Translations under genes and position numbers: made by a program
Source: Cyanophora paradoxa CCMP329
Lineage: Eukaryota > Plantae > Glaucophyta
Length of the DNA: 64,000 bases
Direction: 5' to 3'
Assembly: GCA_004431415.1 (NCBI GenBank)
Contig: QPMI01000121.1
Span: 124,001-188,000 of the forward strand
The notes under the pieces: generated by a model
The model's database searches: none
What the model was told of the DNA's origin: nothing
Seen by the model: the letters and a program-made list of their open reading frames with translations, nothing else
In this document: positions 1 through 12,649 of the stretch, one piece after another
Numbering within the stretch: the first letter of the stretch is position 1
Layout of the letters: the number at the start of each line of letters is the position of its first letter

Positions 1-3000
1 CTCGAGGCGCTGCTCGACCCCGAGACCCAGGGCTGCGGCCACCTCAAGGTTCGCTTGCTCTAAGGCTTCATTTATCCGGCGGCCTCGAGCGTACATTTAA
101 TTTGCTCACTCCTGCCCGCAGCTCACGCTCACTGAGTCAAGAACCCCGACGTCTACGGCACATCGGCGGACCTCACGAAGAGCGTGATCAAGGCCTTCTA
201 CCGCGCCCTGTGGCGCGACCGCCGCGCCGGCCTCGGCGCCGTCGACCGCCAGGTCCTCCCCGGCGACCACGCCGAGGGGTGAGCGCTCTCGCCTTCGTCT
301 TGGATCCGCGCACCGACGCGTCCGCTGAGCGTTTGCGTGTCGCGCGTGCGCAGCTCCGTGCTCGTCGTGCCGCAGACGAAGGAGATGGGCGACTCGGTGC
401 TGACATTCGCGCCCAACGTGCCGTCCGTCGGCCAGGTCTTCCTCTTCCACGCCGACGCCCTCGACTTCATCCGCCAGTCCTTCGTCCGCTTCATCTGCGA
501 CCGCAAGACGAGCCTCGGCGCCAACGCCAGCGCCGAGTGCGCCTCGTCCAAGATCCGGGCCGAGATGGCGACCATCTTCAACGCCGGCCTCGCCAACACT
601 GCCGGCCGCCTCGCCGCGAACCGTTCCACGGACTCGCTCACCGTCGCGCCGGCCGGCCTCGTCGGCCTGCAGCTGCCGGGCTCCAAGACCGTGTCGCTCG
701 AGCTGCCCGACGACAAATCCGCGGTCGCCAAGCCCGAGAACGGGACGAAGTGCGGCGCGACGGACGTGACCGCCAAGCTCGTCGCCGCCTCGAAGGAGGA
801 CGACCCGGCGAAGCTCTGGAAGATCCTCACGAGCACCGGCCAAGTCGAGGCGCACATCGGCATGCCGGCCATCGTCGACGTCGCGCGCCACACCTGGTCC
901 TGCATCGGTGCGACTGGCCTCACACTTTTTCGCTCCTGCTTCTCGTTTGGCGGTGCACGTGGGAGCTTAATATAATTCCGCAGACGGCCGCTCGCACAAG
1001 GCGATCCTCGGCACGCCCGGCGGCACCATCTCCGAATTCTTGCTTGGTGTCGCCTCCTTCATGAACAAGGGGGTCCGTTCGCGCGCCTCTGCGAGGCTCG
1101 GGATCCTGCTTTATTCCCGAAACTGACGCACACCGCTCTTCGCGATCGCAGCTCGCCGTCCCGAACGAGGACACGATGCAGGCGCTCGTCGACCTGTACA
1201 CCTCGTACTACACCATCCCCTGGACGCGCCAGTTCTACATGGTCCGCACGTCCCCCGCTAGTTCTTGAGTCTGATTATTAGTATTTACTGTCTTCTGCCT
1301 TCCTCCGCGTGCGCGGCGCAGCACACGGACGAGCACGCGGTTGAGGCCATCGCGCACTCGCTGCACGTCGACCACGGGGAAGTGAAGCCGTACAACCCGC
1401 TCGGGAAGCACCGGCCGGCCGTGCTCGCCTACTCGGCCAACCCCAAGTACATCGGCTGCGGCCACGTCAAGTACACGATCCAGAACCCCGCCGTCTACGG
1501 CGTCCCCGCAAACATCGTGCGCGATAAATATGATTGCCGTTGCAGCTCGCGATCGCATCGGAGACGCTTTGATTTTGTGCACAATATTAATGTTTGTGAC
1601 GACGTCGCGCAGACGACCTGGGCGGTCCGCTCCTTCATGCGCGCCCTCTGGGCCGACTACCAGCGCGGCGCCGGCCGCTTCGTCCTCGAGGCACGTTGCT
1701 CGAGCCTGTTTGTGATTGCGCTCTGGTAACCCTTTAGCTTGACGGTCTGCGTCGCGTTTATTAGGTTCTTGAAGGCGACCACCACGAGGGGGCGGTCATC
1801 CTCGTCAAGCCCGCGGGCTGCTCCGGCAAGACCGCCGAGGTCGCCCCGCACGTCGGCGAGCTCACGCCCGGCAAGAACGTGTCCAACGGCAACACCGAGG
1901 CCTTCGTCTTCCACGCCGCCGACGTCCCCGCGCTCCGCAGCCAGAACGCCAAGGTCGGAAACTCCTTTGTTTGTTAAAACTTCGAGGTGCCCGTCACACT
2001 GCGTGAATCTCATTAATATTGCCGCGGCCGCAGTTCTTTGTGGAGACGCTGAAGCCGGTGCTGAAGAACGCGCCGGCGGCGATCGCGAGCGCGACGCTGG
2101 CGGAAGTCGAGAAGGACATCGCCGACATCTTCAACCCCGGCGTGCGCCCCGCTTCTCACACTCGATTTGAACGTTAACGGCTCCTCGTGGCTGCGCTGCG
2201 CCGAATGCTGACGCCGGCACCCCCGTCGCCGGCAGTTCCTCTACACGGCGGGCGCCCTCGCTTCGAAGCTGCCCCAGTAGTGCGCCCACGTCGGCTTGCT
2301 CCAAATTTATATATACGCTGTAGAGATTCGTGCAACCGTTCGGTTTCCGTTCACCGACGCCCTGTCGCAACGCAGCCAAGGCACCGTGACCTCGGGAGAC
2401 GCGGCTGTGTTCACGGCGATCCTGCAGGACCAGGCATCCCTCGGCAGTGCGTCGCGGCTTCTCTTTCCGATCGCGTGCCGTGCACGTGCACGCGACATTG
2501 ACGGCGTTGGCGCTGTCTGTTTCCGACCGGTACCGCGTGCAATTGCGAGCAGACCTCACGAGCGCGGACGCGAGCTCGCTCTTCTCCTTCGTCCTCACGC
2601 TCACCAGCGTCAACTGCAAGTCCGTCGGGCCCGAGACCCTCGAGGACGTCCGCAGCAAGCTCGCCACGTGCGCCGCGACTCTGCATGTTTTCAAAAGCTT
2701 TTTTGAAGCTTACTATATAGCTACGCCTTTGCGAGCGCAGCCTCCTGAAGATCCGCGCCCTGCGCATCAAGTTCCGCGCCCTTCGCTGCAAGGGCGACGA
2801 AGCCCGCCGCGCGTGCGTGCCTGATGTGCAGCGAAAATCGCCTCTAGATCTTGAATTTACGTGACATCGGCGCATTTTCTATCCGCAGGCTGCTTCAGGC
2901 TGACGCCTCGGTCCTCACCATCAACCTCCTCGCTGGCAACCGTGCGCGTGCCCCTAAAGCTATCATTTAGATCTGCACTCATAAATTTAAAACCTGGCCG

Positions 3001-3760
3001 ATCTGATAACGAGCTCGAGAGGAACCTAACTCCGGTCTGCAGTCCCCACGGATCTCGCGCTCGGCGACGCGGTCGCCCTCCTCCGCTCCGCCGCCTCTTC
3101 CGGCAGCTCCTTCCTCCCGTGCACGGCGCTCTTCCCGAAATCGAAGAACCTCGCTCTAGATCTGTCGCTGATAACCAGGGCGCACACTCGTGCAGGGGTT
3201 ACACCGCCTCGGCGGCGTTCCCGTCGCAGCCCTCGGCGGTCGCGCCCTCGGGCGGCGCGGGCTCCCCCAGCGGCAGCGGCAGCGGCAGCGGCAGCGGCGA
3301 CTCGGGGCCGAACCAGCTCGCCATCATCCTGCCCGTCGTGCTGGGCGTGGCTGGAGTGGCGGTCATCGCCGTCGTCGTCTGGTACTGCGTCGCCATGCGC
3401 AAGGCCAACCGCCGGTGCGCCATGAACTCTCATATATATATACACGTTTCGAATTCCGCCGGAACTGGAAATTAAATCGAGCGGGGCCGTGGTCGTGCGC
3501 GCGCAGGAGTGCGTTGCCGAAGGACGCTCCCCGCGCGGGCGCCGGCGGTTTCAATTCCGACACGGTCATCCAGATGCCGCCGCCCGCCGCAAACGCCAGC
3601 AACAGTGCGCCCCGGGCCCGCGCGACCCCGGCCCGCAATCTTGCGCTGACTTCGAGCCTCGGCCGCCCGCGCCCGCGCAGCTGCGGTGTTCGACATCGGC
3701 CCCGCGGGGCAGGCCCAGCCCGTCCAGAAGGAAGCCGGCTGGAGCGCTTCTCTTTTCTAG
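1..3760 (+). CDS. Multi-exon type I membrane protein with >=2 tandem zeta(CDCA)/beta-class carbonic-anhydrase-like domains; 5' end outside window; first domain carries an 8-bp frameshifting insertion
   Basis: Hand-splicing (introns e.g. 49-121, 279-353, 908-983, 1073-1151, 1242-1321, 1517-1612, 1691-1764) gives WSCIDGR..GTPGG..FYMHTDEH..IGCGHVK..LEGDHHEGAV. The preceding domain has GCGHLK..LPGDHAEG. These are followed by a Ser/Gly linker, a TM helix (LAIILPVVLGVAGVAVIAVVVWYC) and stop TAG 3758-3760. Confidence 0.75.
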
Positions 3761-4449
3761 ATACAGATCTTTCAAGTTTCGCCGGCCCGCGAGCGCGCCC
3801 GCCGAGCTACGGCTCCCGCGCTCGCGAGCTCACCAGAATACGTAGCGAGCTCGCCGTTCTCCGGAGCTCGTTTGCAATTGGTAGATGCTAGATGTAGTAG
3901 GTTAGCCGGCAGCTGCAGTGCAAAATTGCATTCATCAAGTGACATTTCTTTCAAGTATCATTGTATTAGTCTTCTTTGAGAGCATCTTTCGGTTTCGCTT
4001 TGTATGTGAGATTGAGATTTCTGATATTCGTGAGTTCTAGATCTTCCCGTGGGCCTTGGCGGCAACCAGGTACCATTGTACCTCGATCGGTTGGCCGCGC
4101 ACGGCCGTGTAACGTGTTTAGGTACTAGTACTGTGATAACAGTTCATTCAACTTGGCAAGCTTTCATTTTCGTACACCTTTTGACTTTCTTCTCACTTTG
4201 AGATGCACTTCTCGCGAGTCGACGTCTCATCGTCGATTCGTGCACGGTGCATGCGCAGTTCATTGAATTAATAAGTCAGGCGACGGAACTTCGGAAGGGC
4301 AACTTCCTGTTCATCGCCTGTAGCTAGAACGATAGCGTAGAAATGTCGCACGGCCTTTCTTCCTGCAGACAGAAGAGTGGCAATAAAAAGTACGTCCAAA
4401 CCGATGGAAATCGACTCTGGGCTGAACGTTTAATTTTAACCTCGGGGTA

Positions 4450-7400
4450 CGTGGACCGCGCGCCGGCTCTGTTCGACCCCATGCAGACGAGGCAGGCGGA
4501 GGGCGCGCCCGGCGACGTCAGGAAGATATGGCACTAAAGTCGAGAAATGAGCTAGGAGAGGCAATTAATTTTAAAGGTACAAAGCTAGCTGTAGCTAGCT
4601 ACGCGGGGCCGGACCAGCGGCCGAGGGCGGCGCCGACGGCGGCTCCCAGCCAGAAGCAGGTGCAGAAGACGGCGACGGCGCGCCAGCTCACGTCCGCCCG
4701 CTCCATCCTCCCGAACATCGGGCAGACACGCTCCGAGACTTGAGAATAAAATCAGGAAGTCAGCTCGATGTCGGAATTCGAGGAAGAAAGCTAACGGTCC
4801 TCGCCCGCCAGAGCAGAATTTTCGAAAGCTTGATTATTAGAACTTGTGCGAAATATTACTGCAGGGCGTCCCGGACGGCTTATATAATTAAAAGCTGCAG
4901 CCGTCACGCCTGCGCCACCTTAGGCTACTTCTCGGAGCGCCCGCGGGGCGCACCGGCGGTGAAGAGGAGGATGCCGCCGGAGACGGCCAGCAGCACCCCG
5001 AGGACCTGCCGCCCAGAGGAATAATTAAGAAGAGGCTTGTGAGCTAAAGCTCGAGCTTAAGGTGGGCCCTCGCCCACCAGCGTCCGCTCCTCGGACTGCT
5101 CGCCCTTCCAACGGGTCCTCAGCCCAATGCCCGCCGCCATGCCCGCCTGCACGGGCACGCGATGTACATGCGATCGGGGCGGGGGGGAAGGGGCGGGGAG
5201 GGGGTACCCCGATGCTGAGGGGGAAGGGCGCGACGGCGATGGCGGCCAGGGGCCCCGGCGTCGTGTACCCCGCCGCCAGCACCTGCCGCGCCCCGGTCCA
5301 CATCTCAGCTCTCGGTTCTCGGCTAGCGCTCGCGGGGCGCGCGGGGCGGGGAGCGTCCGCACGCGAGCTCACCGCCGTGCTGACAGCGATGCCCTCCGAC
5401 AGCTCTGGGGGGAAGCTTTAAATTTATGGGTAGCAAGGAGGGGGTCGCGATCGGGGTACAGGCCCAGGCGCAGGGGTACAGGCCCAGGCGCACGGTGGAA
5501 GCAGAGGGCGACGAGGAGTGCCACGAACCGGGGGCCCCGCTCGACCCCGAGCGCTGCCGGGGGTACGTAGACGCATCAGGAGAACATGGGCGGGAGGGGT
5601 ACGGGATTCGAATTCACCGATGCCGATGACGGCGGAGTAGAGGAGGACGGAGGAGAGGAGGAAGAAGAGGGCCTACGTATACCCCCCGAAATCAGACCTA
5701 GAAATTCAGAACTTCGAAGCTTGCGCACGGCCGTCATGATCAGGCTCTTAGCTCAGTTAACTAGCATATAAGCTTCCGGGGTTCTTAAGCTTAAGCTCCT
5801 AAGCTTCTTCTTAATTAGTCCTCAAAGCTCGCGGGGGACCGTTCACCTGCCGGCGCTCGTGGAGGGCGGCGCGGTGCCCGGCGGCGGCCTCGCGGGGCCC
5901 CAGTCCCACGTGGAGGCCCCCCGCGTGGTCCTCCTCGCCCCTGTGCGGCCCCAGGACGCAGTGCGCCCGCCCCGCCGCCTCTTCCACCAGCACGCTGAAG
6001 CTGTGCGAGCGGCCCCGCCGAGCCGGCGCCGGCGCCGCCCGATTCGCGACCGGAGCTGCCTCAGCGGTGCCCGGCCCCGGCCCCGCACTCTCCTCGTCGC
6101 CCCGGCTGAGGCTGGATGTCGATATCGATGTCCGCGCACGTGCCGCCGGCGGGCCCGGCGCGTTTGCCTGCAGGCTGGATCCGGAGCCGGCGCCGGAGCT
6201 GGGGCGGGCCTCGAGCTCCCCGCCCCCGTCTCCGCCCGCGAAGTCCGGGGGTACAGCCTCCAGCACGTCCCGGGGCACGGGCGCCGCGGGCGCGTCGCGA
6301 TTGGCGGGGGGTGGGCCGTGGTGCGGGTGGTGCGAGGGGGCGTAGGGGTCGGCGTGGTGGTGGGCCCGCCGCGCGTGGTGCCGGTGGTGCTCCGCGCTGC
6401 AGCGGTGCAGGTGCCCGTGCCTGCTCGCAGGTCGATTCGACAGTTCGGCGGCAGAGGAAATCTTAATATATATATATATAACATCTATAGCTAGACGTCG
6501 ACGTCGCACCTGCAGGAGCGGCCGAAGACGAAAGAGAATAGCTGCAGCAGCATCATCGAGGCGAGGGCCAGGAGGCCTGGCGCGGGGTCAGGAGAGAAGG
6601 GGCTATAGCTAGAAGGCCTAGGCTGAGGGGGAAGGGAGGGAGGGGGAGGGGCCCGGGAAAGGGGGAAGGGGGCAGGGGAGGGGGGGGGGGGGGGGCGGAG
6701 GGAGGGAAGGGAGGGGGTGGGTACGCGCCGCCCAGGGTGGGGTAGTCGGAGGAGAGCGTGGGGCCGAGGCAGGTGTCGCTCAGCATGCGGAAGGCTGCGG
6801 GGGCGCTGATTATAAGCTCAGCCCGAGCAGTCTTGCGAAGCTAAAGTGCCGAGCTTGAGCAGTGTCCAGCGAACCCTTGCGGGGCGCTGCAGCTGAGCTT
6901 GAGCATTAAATATTCTTGAACGAACCTGGGGGCAGGACGTGGACAAGGGACGCGGAGAGGACGATTCCGGCGCCGAAGATCTGCACGAGTCCGGTGTAGA
7001 AGGCGGGCACGGCGAGGGAGGGCTGCCGCAGGATTATGATTAGGGGCCGCGGCGGGGCGGTCCGGCGGGGCGCAATTGCAAACCCAGAAGTGGGCGGAGA
7101 CGGGATAGATTACACCGACCAGCGAGATCGCGACGAGAAGGAAAAGAGCCATCTGCGCATGCCCGTGCACGTGGTTTCGTTAACGGTGGAATTCGAAGGA
7201 TGCGAAACACACAGGCGAGAGATCTAGAGGAGAGGGGCCGCGCGCGCGATGTGGAGCCCCAGCTCGTCCTTCAGTTCTGCCGCTGCGCCTTCCGGTCCGC
7301 CGCAGGCCGCTTCGGCGTCCAGCAGCTCGCACGCGCACGAGGCGAGGTCGACGATGCCGGCGCTGACCTCGCAGCGCACATGGCCTGCGAGGCGGATCAT

Positions 7401-7750
7401 GCAATGAAATGAAAGACCTGCGCATGCGCATGCGCTTGTATACGCGTCTGCTGCTCGCCGCGCACCGCTGGCGCAGCCGCCGCCGGAGATCCCACCTGCT
7501 CAGAGGCTTGAGCTATGCTTAGATCGATATCTAGAGGATTGTCATGCGCGCACGCGCGCGCACCGGCCGTCCCCGCCGCGCTGGAAGGGACGAGCTCGAC
7601 GACGAGAGCGAGCGCGCAGAGCGCCGGATGCGCCATCGCGCTCGGGCGCGTGCGGCGTTCATGCCGAGCTCGGGCTCGAGGGCGATCATGAGCATTGCCA
7701 ATTAAACGGCGCCCGCGCATAGCGCTGTCGACGTTGAGGGTACAGGGTCG
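4450..7750. pseudogene. Decayed gene-like/low-complexity fragments (e.g. minus-strand His/Pro/Gly-rich frame 5830-6430)
   Basis: GC-rich exon-like blocks with splice-like borders but no recognisable domain. Dense X-X'-X insertions, including inside the frame (6121, 6177, 6210). Confidence 0.3.
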
Positions 7751-7909
7751 ACGTCCCCTCTGACTTGAATTCCCCTCTAGATCTCCCCCCTCCACGTCGC
7801 GTGTCCTCCTCTCCGGATCTTCTAAATATTAATTTCTCCCATCGAAGTTACAGTCTCTCTAATTGTAACTTGCAACGGTCTAAGATGTAGCGCGGCAAAG
7901 ATCTGCAGC

Positions 7910-8480
7910 CGATGGCCGCCGGCGCGCCGCCCCAGATGCGGCAGCCGCGAAGGGGCTCGCCGGGCGAAGGGCGGCGGGGGCGGCGGGGGTACACCTGCGC
8001 CGAAGGCGGGGAAGGCGAGGCTGGCGAGGTACCCCTGGAGGGGGTCCGGAACGAAGGGGGTACACATCGCGGGCGCCGCGGGGGGGGGGGGGGGGGGGGG
8101 GGCGGGGGTGCCGCCCCAGAGCCACGGGGACGGGGCCGGGTGCGAGAGGGGGGTACTGCGGGGCGCCGGGGCGGGGGAGACGGGGGAAGGGACGGCGGCC
8201 ACAGCTGGGGAGGACGGGGAGGCCGGGGAGGCGCTTGGCCCGGGTACGGGGCGCGCTGTCGCTCCACAGGCTCCGGATGGAGGCGGGGACGTGGGTGGGG
8301 GCCGGCGCTGGCTCGGCCGTCGGGAGGGGCGGGGCGTGGGCGGCAGCGCGGCCGCGGCGCCGCGGGGGCGGAGCGGCGGCGGGGGCGGGCGCCGAAGCTG
8401 CGGAGGCGGGGGAGCGGGCGGAGGGGTTGGGGGGCGGGGGGGCGGGGTGGCGGGAGTCGCGGGGGGTACCGCCGACGGGA
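7910..8480 (-). pseudogene. Inverted duplicated fragment of the last exon of the ankyrin gene (source ~20427-20996)
   Basis: The reverse complement closely matches 20427-20996 (EPAPAPTHVPASIRSLWSDSAPRTP..DPLQGYLASLAFPAFGAGV), with indels. Confidence 0.85.
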
Positions 8481-8921
8481 GCGGGGGGGGGGGGGAAGGG
8501 GGAATGGAATATACTTTTTTTTGGGGGGGGCGCGGGGGAGGGGAGTGGGGGGGGGGGAGGGGGGAGGGGGAGGCGGGCAATTGGGGGCCTCAGCGGGTCA
8601 CGAGCCCGCGGCCTGCGCCGGCCCACGAGTCCTCCCCCTCAGTCCCGCGGCTGCGGCCGGCCACCCCATGTCGCCCTACCCGCCTCCCGCCCTGCCGTGC
8701 GTCGCGCCGACGGCCTTGGGATACTGAGAGCAAAAGGGGGCGATCGTCAGAGAAGCGTCGCGATCGCGATCGCGATCGAGCAGAGCGCGGCCGCGCACAA
8801 CGAATTCGGTGCCGCTCCAGAAGGCGACGTCGCCGTCGTGCGAGGGGTCGGCCCCGCTGTACACAATCGCCGAGCACCTGCGGGCGCTGAGAATGAGTGC
8901 GCCGAAAAAGTTTCCTCCCGC

Positions 8922-11900
8922 TCAATAGGCTTGCCACTTGGGGACAGAAGGACCGATTCGAAATCCCGATCGCGCCATGTAAGGGCAGTTGTAGCTCCTG
9001 CCCGCGACGATGAAGAGAGGATTAAGCGCTAGAACTCCAACGATAAAGTCAGCGCACCGGACGGCGGTCAGGCGGGGGCTGTCTGCGCGGACGGATCGGA
9101 GACCCTGGCAGCTGAAGACCTCGGCTTGCTGCGGCGCGCGATCTCAGCGGGAAGTCTCGAGCGCCAGTCTCCAAATTTCCATCAAAGGCAGGCAAGCACC
9201 TGCAGGCGCCGGAGCGGGGTGAGGTCGAGCTCCCGGAACGAGTCGTCCATCTCCCCGACCTGTGCAGCGCACGCCCTCAGTGGCCGAGGCTCCCAGCTCC
9301 AGAGCAGGAATCATATTCTATGTTTTGCGGACCAGCACGGTTCGGAGCTCGGAAGCGTGCCCGATGGCAGCGAGGGCCTGGGCGATGGCCGGACCGAGGG
9401 CCGGGCAGCCGCGGAGGATGAGAGACTCCAGCCGCGGGGTGGCGAGCGTGAGGCGCGCAGCGAAGCGCAGGCCCCGCACGTCCAGCTCCCTGCGGGGCGA
9501 CGGCAGTCTTAGCACGGCAGCCCAGGGAATCAGCGAAACGGAATGCTCGATCACCGCAACGAAGTCGAGCGGATGTCGACGTGGGGCAAGGGGGCGCAGA
9601 GGCCCGTCGGCTGCGCTCGCGAGTCAGATTCGAATTCAGAATGGGGCTGCACTGAACGCGGTCGCGAGAGAGATGCGTGACGCGAGGCGAAGTGCGCACG
9701 CTCGTGCCTACGATGCCAAGCTTCTCGAGGCGTGGGCATTGGGCGCAGAGGTCGGAGACGAAGCTGCTAAAGTTGCTGAGGAGGGTCATCGTGTTGCTGA
9801 TGTGCACGGTTCGCAGCTCCGGCGCCCGCAGATGGACGGGGGAGAGCGTGTCGTACTGGCTGACGACGAGCTCCCTCAGGCGCGGCGCCTCGATGCGCAC
9901 GGCGGAGGGGTGGCGCTGGCCGGCGTGCAGCAGCCTGCCGATGCTCATGATCGCCATGCCCCCGCCCCGGCTCGCCAGGTTCAGCGAGCGGCACGCCGGC
10001 AGCCGGAGCACGAGGTCCTCGGTGGGCGTGTCCATGTTCACCCTGCAGCGTCGTTAGCGCTGGATCGGGGGCGGCTAGCAGCGCGCGCTCGGCGCGCTCG
10101 GCGCGCTTGGCGCACGTCAGCGTGAGGGTCTCCAAGTTTGGAAGGGCCGCCAGCGCGTCCAGCGACGCCGGCTGCACCTCCGCCTCTGTTATCTGTGCAC
10201 GTGCGCGAGTGAGTAAGTCGGATCGAAGAAAGGGGCCGGCGCGGCAACAAAAGGGCGAACCAGGATGTGCAGGTGGCGCAAGGAGGGGGGCAGGAGGCCT
10301 GCAAGGCGGGTGGGCACCAACGTCAGGCGGGCCGTCTCCAACGCTGCGCACTCGCCGTCAAAAAGCACGCGCACGCGAAAAGCAAGCCCACAAGAGACCC
10401 GCGAACCGTCGCCAAGGCCGCGGACGTCCTTGGCTCGCATGGTGGGGCAGGGGAGGTTGAAGCTCTGCAGGCGCGGGCAGCCGGAGACCCTCAGGCGGAA
10501 CTCCGGCGGCGGCTCGGGACCCCTCCACATCTCCTCCTGGTCCAGGCTCTCCGTGATGTCGTCCTGCAGCACCGTCGCGCTGTTATCATTAGAAGCGAGA
10601 TCGTCGCTCTAAATTTCGAGCGCGCGCCTCTTCGAAGGCCGCCTCGGTCTCCTCGTCCGGCGCGGGGAGGTCGTCGGACGCGTCCCAGTCCACCGCGCCC
10701 TCCGGCCGCCGAGGCGGCCAGGCCGACCTGCAGAAAAGCCGATCGGAACGCAAATCAAACGGCGTGGCGTGGAGGGAAAGGCGGCGCACCAGCGCTCGGG
10801 GGCGCGCGGGCGCCGCCCGGTGTGGGACATGTGCGGCTCGCGCTGCCTCACGTCGGCCCCGCGCCGCATGACTAGCGACGCGCCCCTGCGCCCGCGTCAG
10901 CGACTGCGGCGCTGCTCGCACGACAGGAAAGGACTGGCCAGGGTCGCGGTGCGCGGGGACCGGCGCTGGTCAGCACGGCGAGAGTGAGGCCGAGGAGGGC
11001 CGGGCAGTCCCGGACGACGAGTTGCTGGTCGGCCTGCCCGGGCCCCTGCGCCGACCGCTGCCACAGGAGGCGGAGGCGCGCGACGGTCGGGGAGGCCTCC
11101 ACGGACGCCAGCGGCGCGGGCAGGCCTGGCGCCGGCGGGCACCCGTCGGGGGTCGCCCACCGCAGCGCGAGGAACCGCACGCCTCGCGTCGGCGCGTGCT
11201 GCGCGGCCGTGCCATCCCCGAGCTGCACGCTGGCGCCGCCGAGGAGGACAGACGCCGCCTCCGCGTCGACCGGCGCCGGGGTGGCGAGGGCCAGCGACTC
11301 TAGCGCCGGGAGACGCTGCAGGAGGCTCGCCGCGGAGGGTCCGTCAAGCAGAGGCGCGTCGCCCAGCTTGGTGCCTCGGGCGTCGAGCGCCAGCCTGAGA
11401 CCGCGTCAACAGGGGGCGCTGCGACTCGGATGGCTTCGCTTTACAGTGTCCGCACCGGCGGAGGTTGCTGCAGCGCTGAGCGAGGCCGCCGAGGAGGGAC
11501 GGAGGCGCGCCAGAGGTCGAGAGGGCGAGCCCGCGGAGTGCGGGAAGAGCAGGGCCGCCCGCCTCCACCAGCGCCTGGGCGACGGCCGATCCCAGGGCGG
11601 GCCCCCCGACGACCAGGGTGCGCAGGGACTGCACCGAGGGCACCGCGGTCAGAGCTGGGCGCGGGCGCGCGCGGGCGAAGCGCGAGGGATCGGTTTCCTC
11701 ACCGGCGCGAGGGCTGAGATCGAGGCGACGACGTCGGCACGGCGAGTCGGCTCCGGGCTGCACTCGACGCTAAGGGCGCGCAGCGGCGCCCCGTGCCGAA
11801 CGAGGCGCGAGAGGAGAGCCGCGACGTGCACGACCGAGAGGCCCTTGGGCAGGTCGATGTCGCCGGCGCTCTCCCGCCGCGCGTCGAAACTCTGGGGGGA

Positions 11901-12522
11901 CTCGAGCAGCTCCAGGCGGGCGAGGCGCTTGCCCCAGACCGAGCGCGGGACGGTCTCCCAGGTGAGGCCCGGAGGGAACGGGGACTCCAACCCGTCGCCC
12001 CGCACGTGCGCGTTCATTTGCGAGAGGAGGAGGCGCTCGAGGTGACTCCGGGCATCGATAAGGAGCTCCTGCGCAGCGGGCGCAGTCCACGTCAGCTAGC
12101 GCTGCATGCGCAGGGAGACGACAAAGCCCCACATCGGTGCAGCCGCGCACCACTGGCCCCTCACGCGGTCCCTCGTGAGAGGTGATGACGCTGAAAGACC
12201 CGCCCAGCAGCGTGTGCGAGACCGGCCAGCTCGCAGGGTCGTGCCACAGCCTCCGCAGTCGCTTACAGGACTGCGACGCGCGGAGGCGGTCGATCGGCAT
12301 GAGCCGGGCGAGGATGTGGAGCAGCAGCTGCAGGCCGTCGTCGAGTCTGAGAATGAAGTCGCGCCCCGCCTCTACGGGGGCCGAATCTTCTTCGATGACC
12401 CGCGGCTGAGGGGGCCTAGAAGGCGCTGACGCTGCCGTCGGGGGCGGGGCCGGAGCGCGGGCGCCGGATGCGGCCGCGCCGGCCGCGGCCGGCTTCGGCC
12501 GATCCAAGAAGCCTTTGCGCAT
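8922..12522 (-). CDS. F-box / leucine-rich-repeat protein (multi-exon)
   Basis: ATG 12522. F-box motif RLDDG(LQ)LLLHILARLMPIDRLRASQSCKRLRRLW, then LRR-like units (LESLILRGCPAL, CPRLEKL, APELRTVHI, GCPRLQSF). Last exon SYNCPYM..WQAY*, TGA at 8924-8922. Confidence 0.8.
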
Positions 12523-12649
12523 GCCAAACGACGCAATTTCCGTGGCGTTTGCACGCGTGCGCTCGCCGGCCTAGGCGTCGACGGCGCGGGTACACAGGCT
12601 GCTTGGCGTCTGCGTACCCCTCGACGGCGGCTGCGGCGCCGAGCGAGCG
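12523..12649. promoter_or_regulatory. Putative bidirectional promoter (127 bp between divergent ATGs)
   Basis: Head-to-head F-box ATG (12522) and ankyrin gene ATG (12650). Confidence 0.5.
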
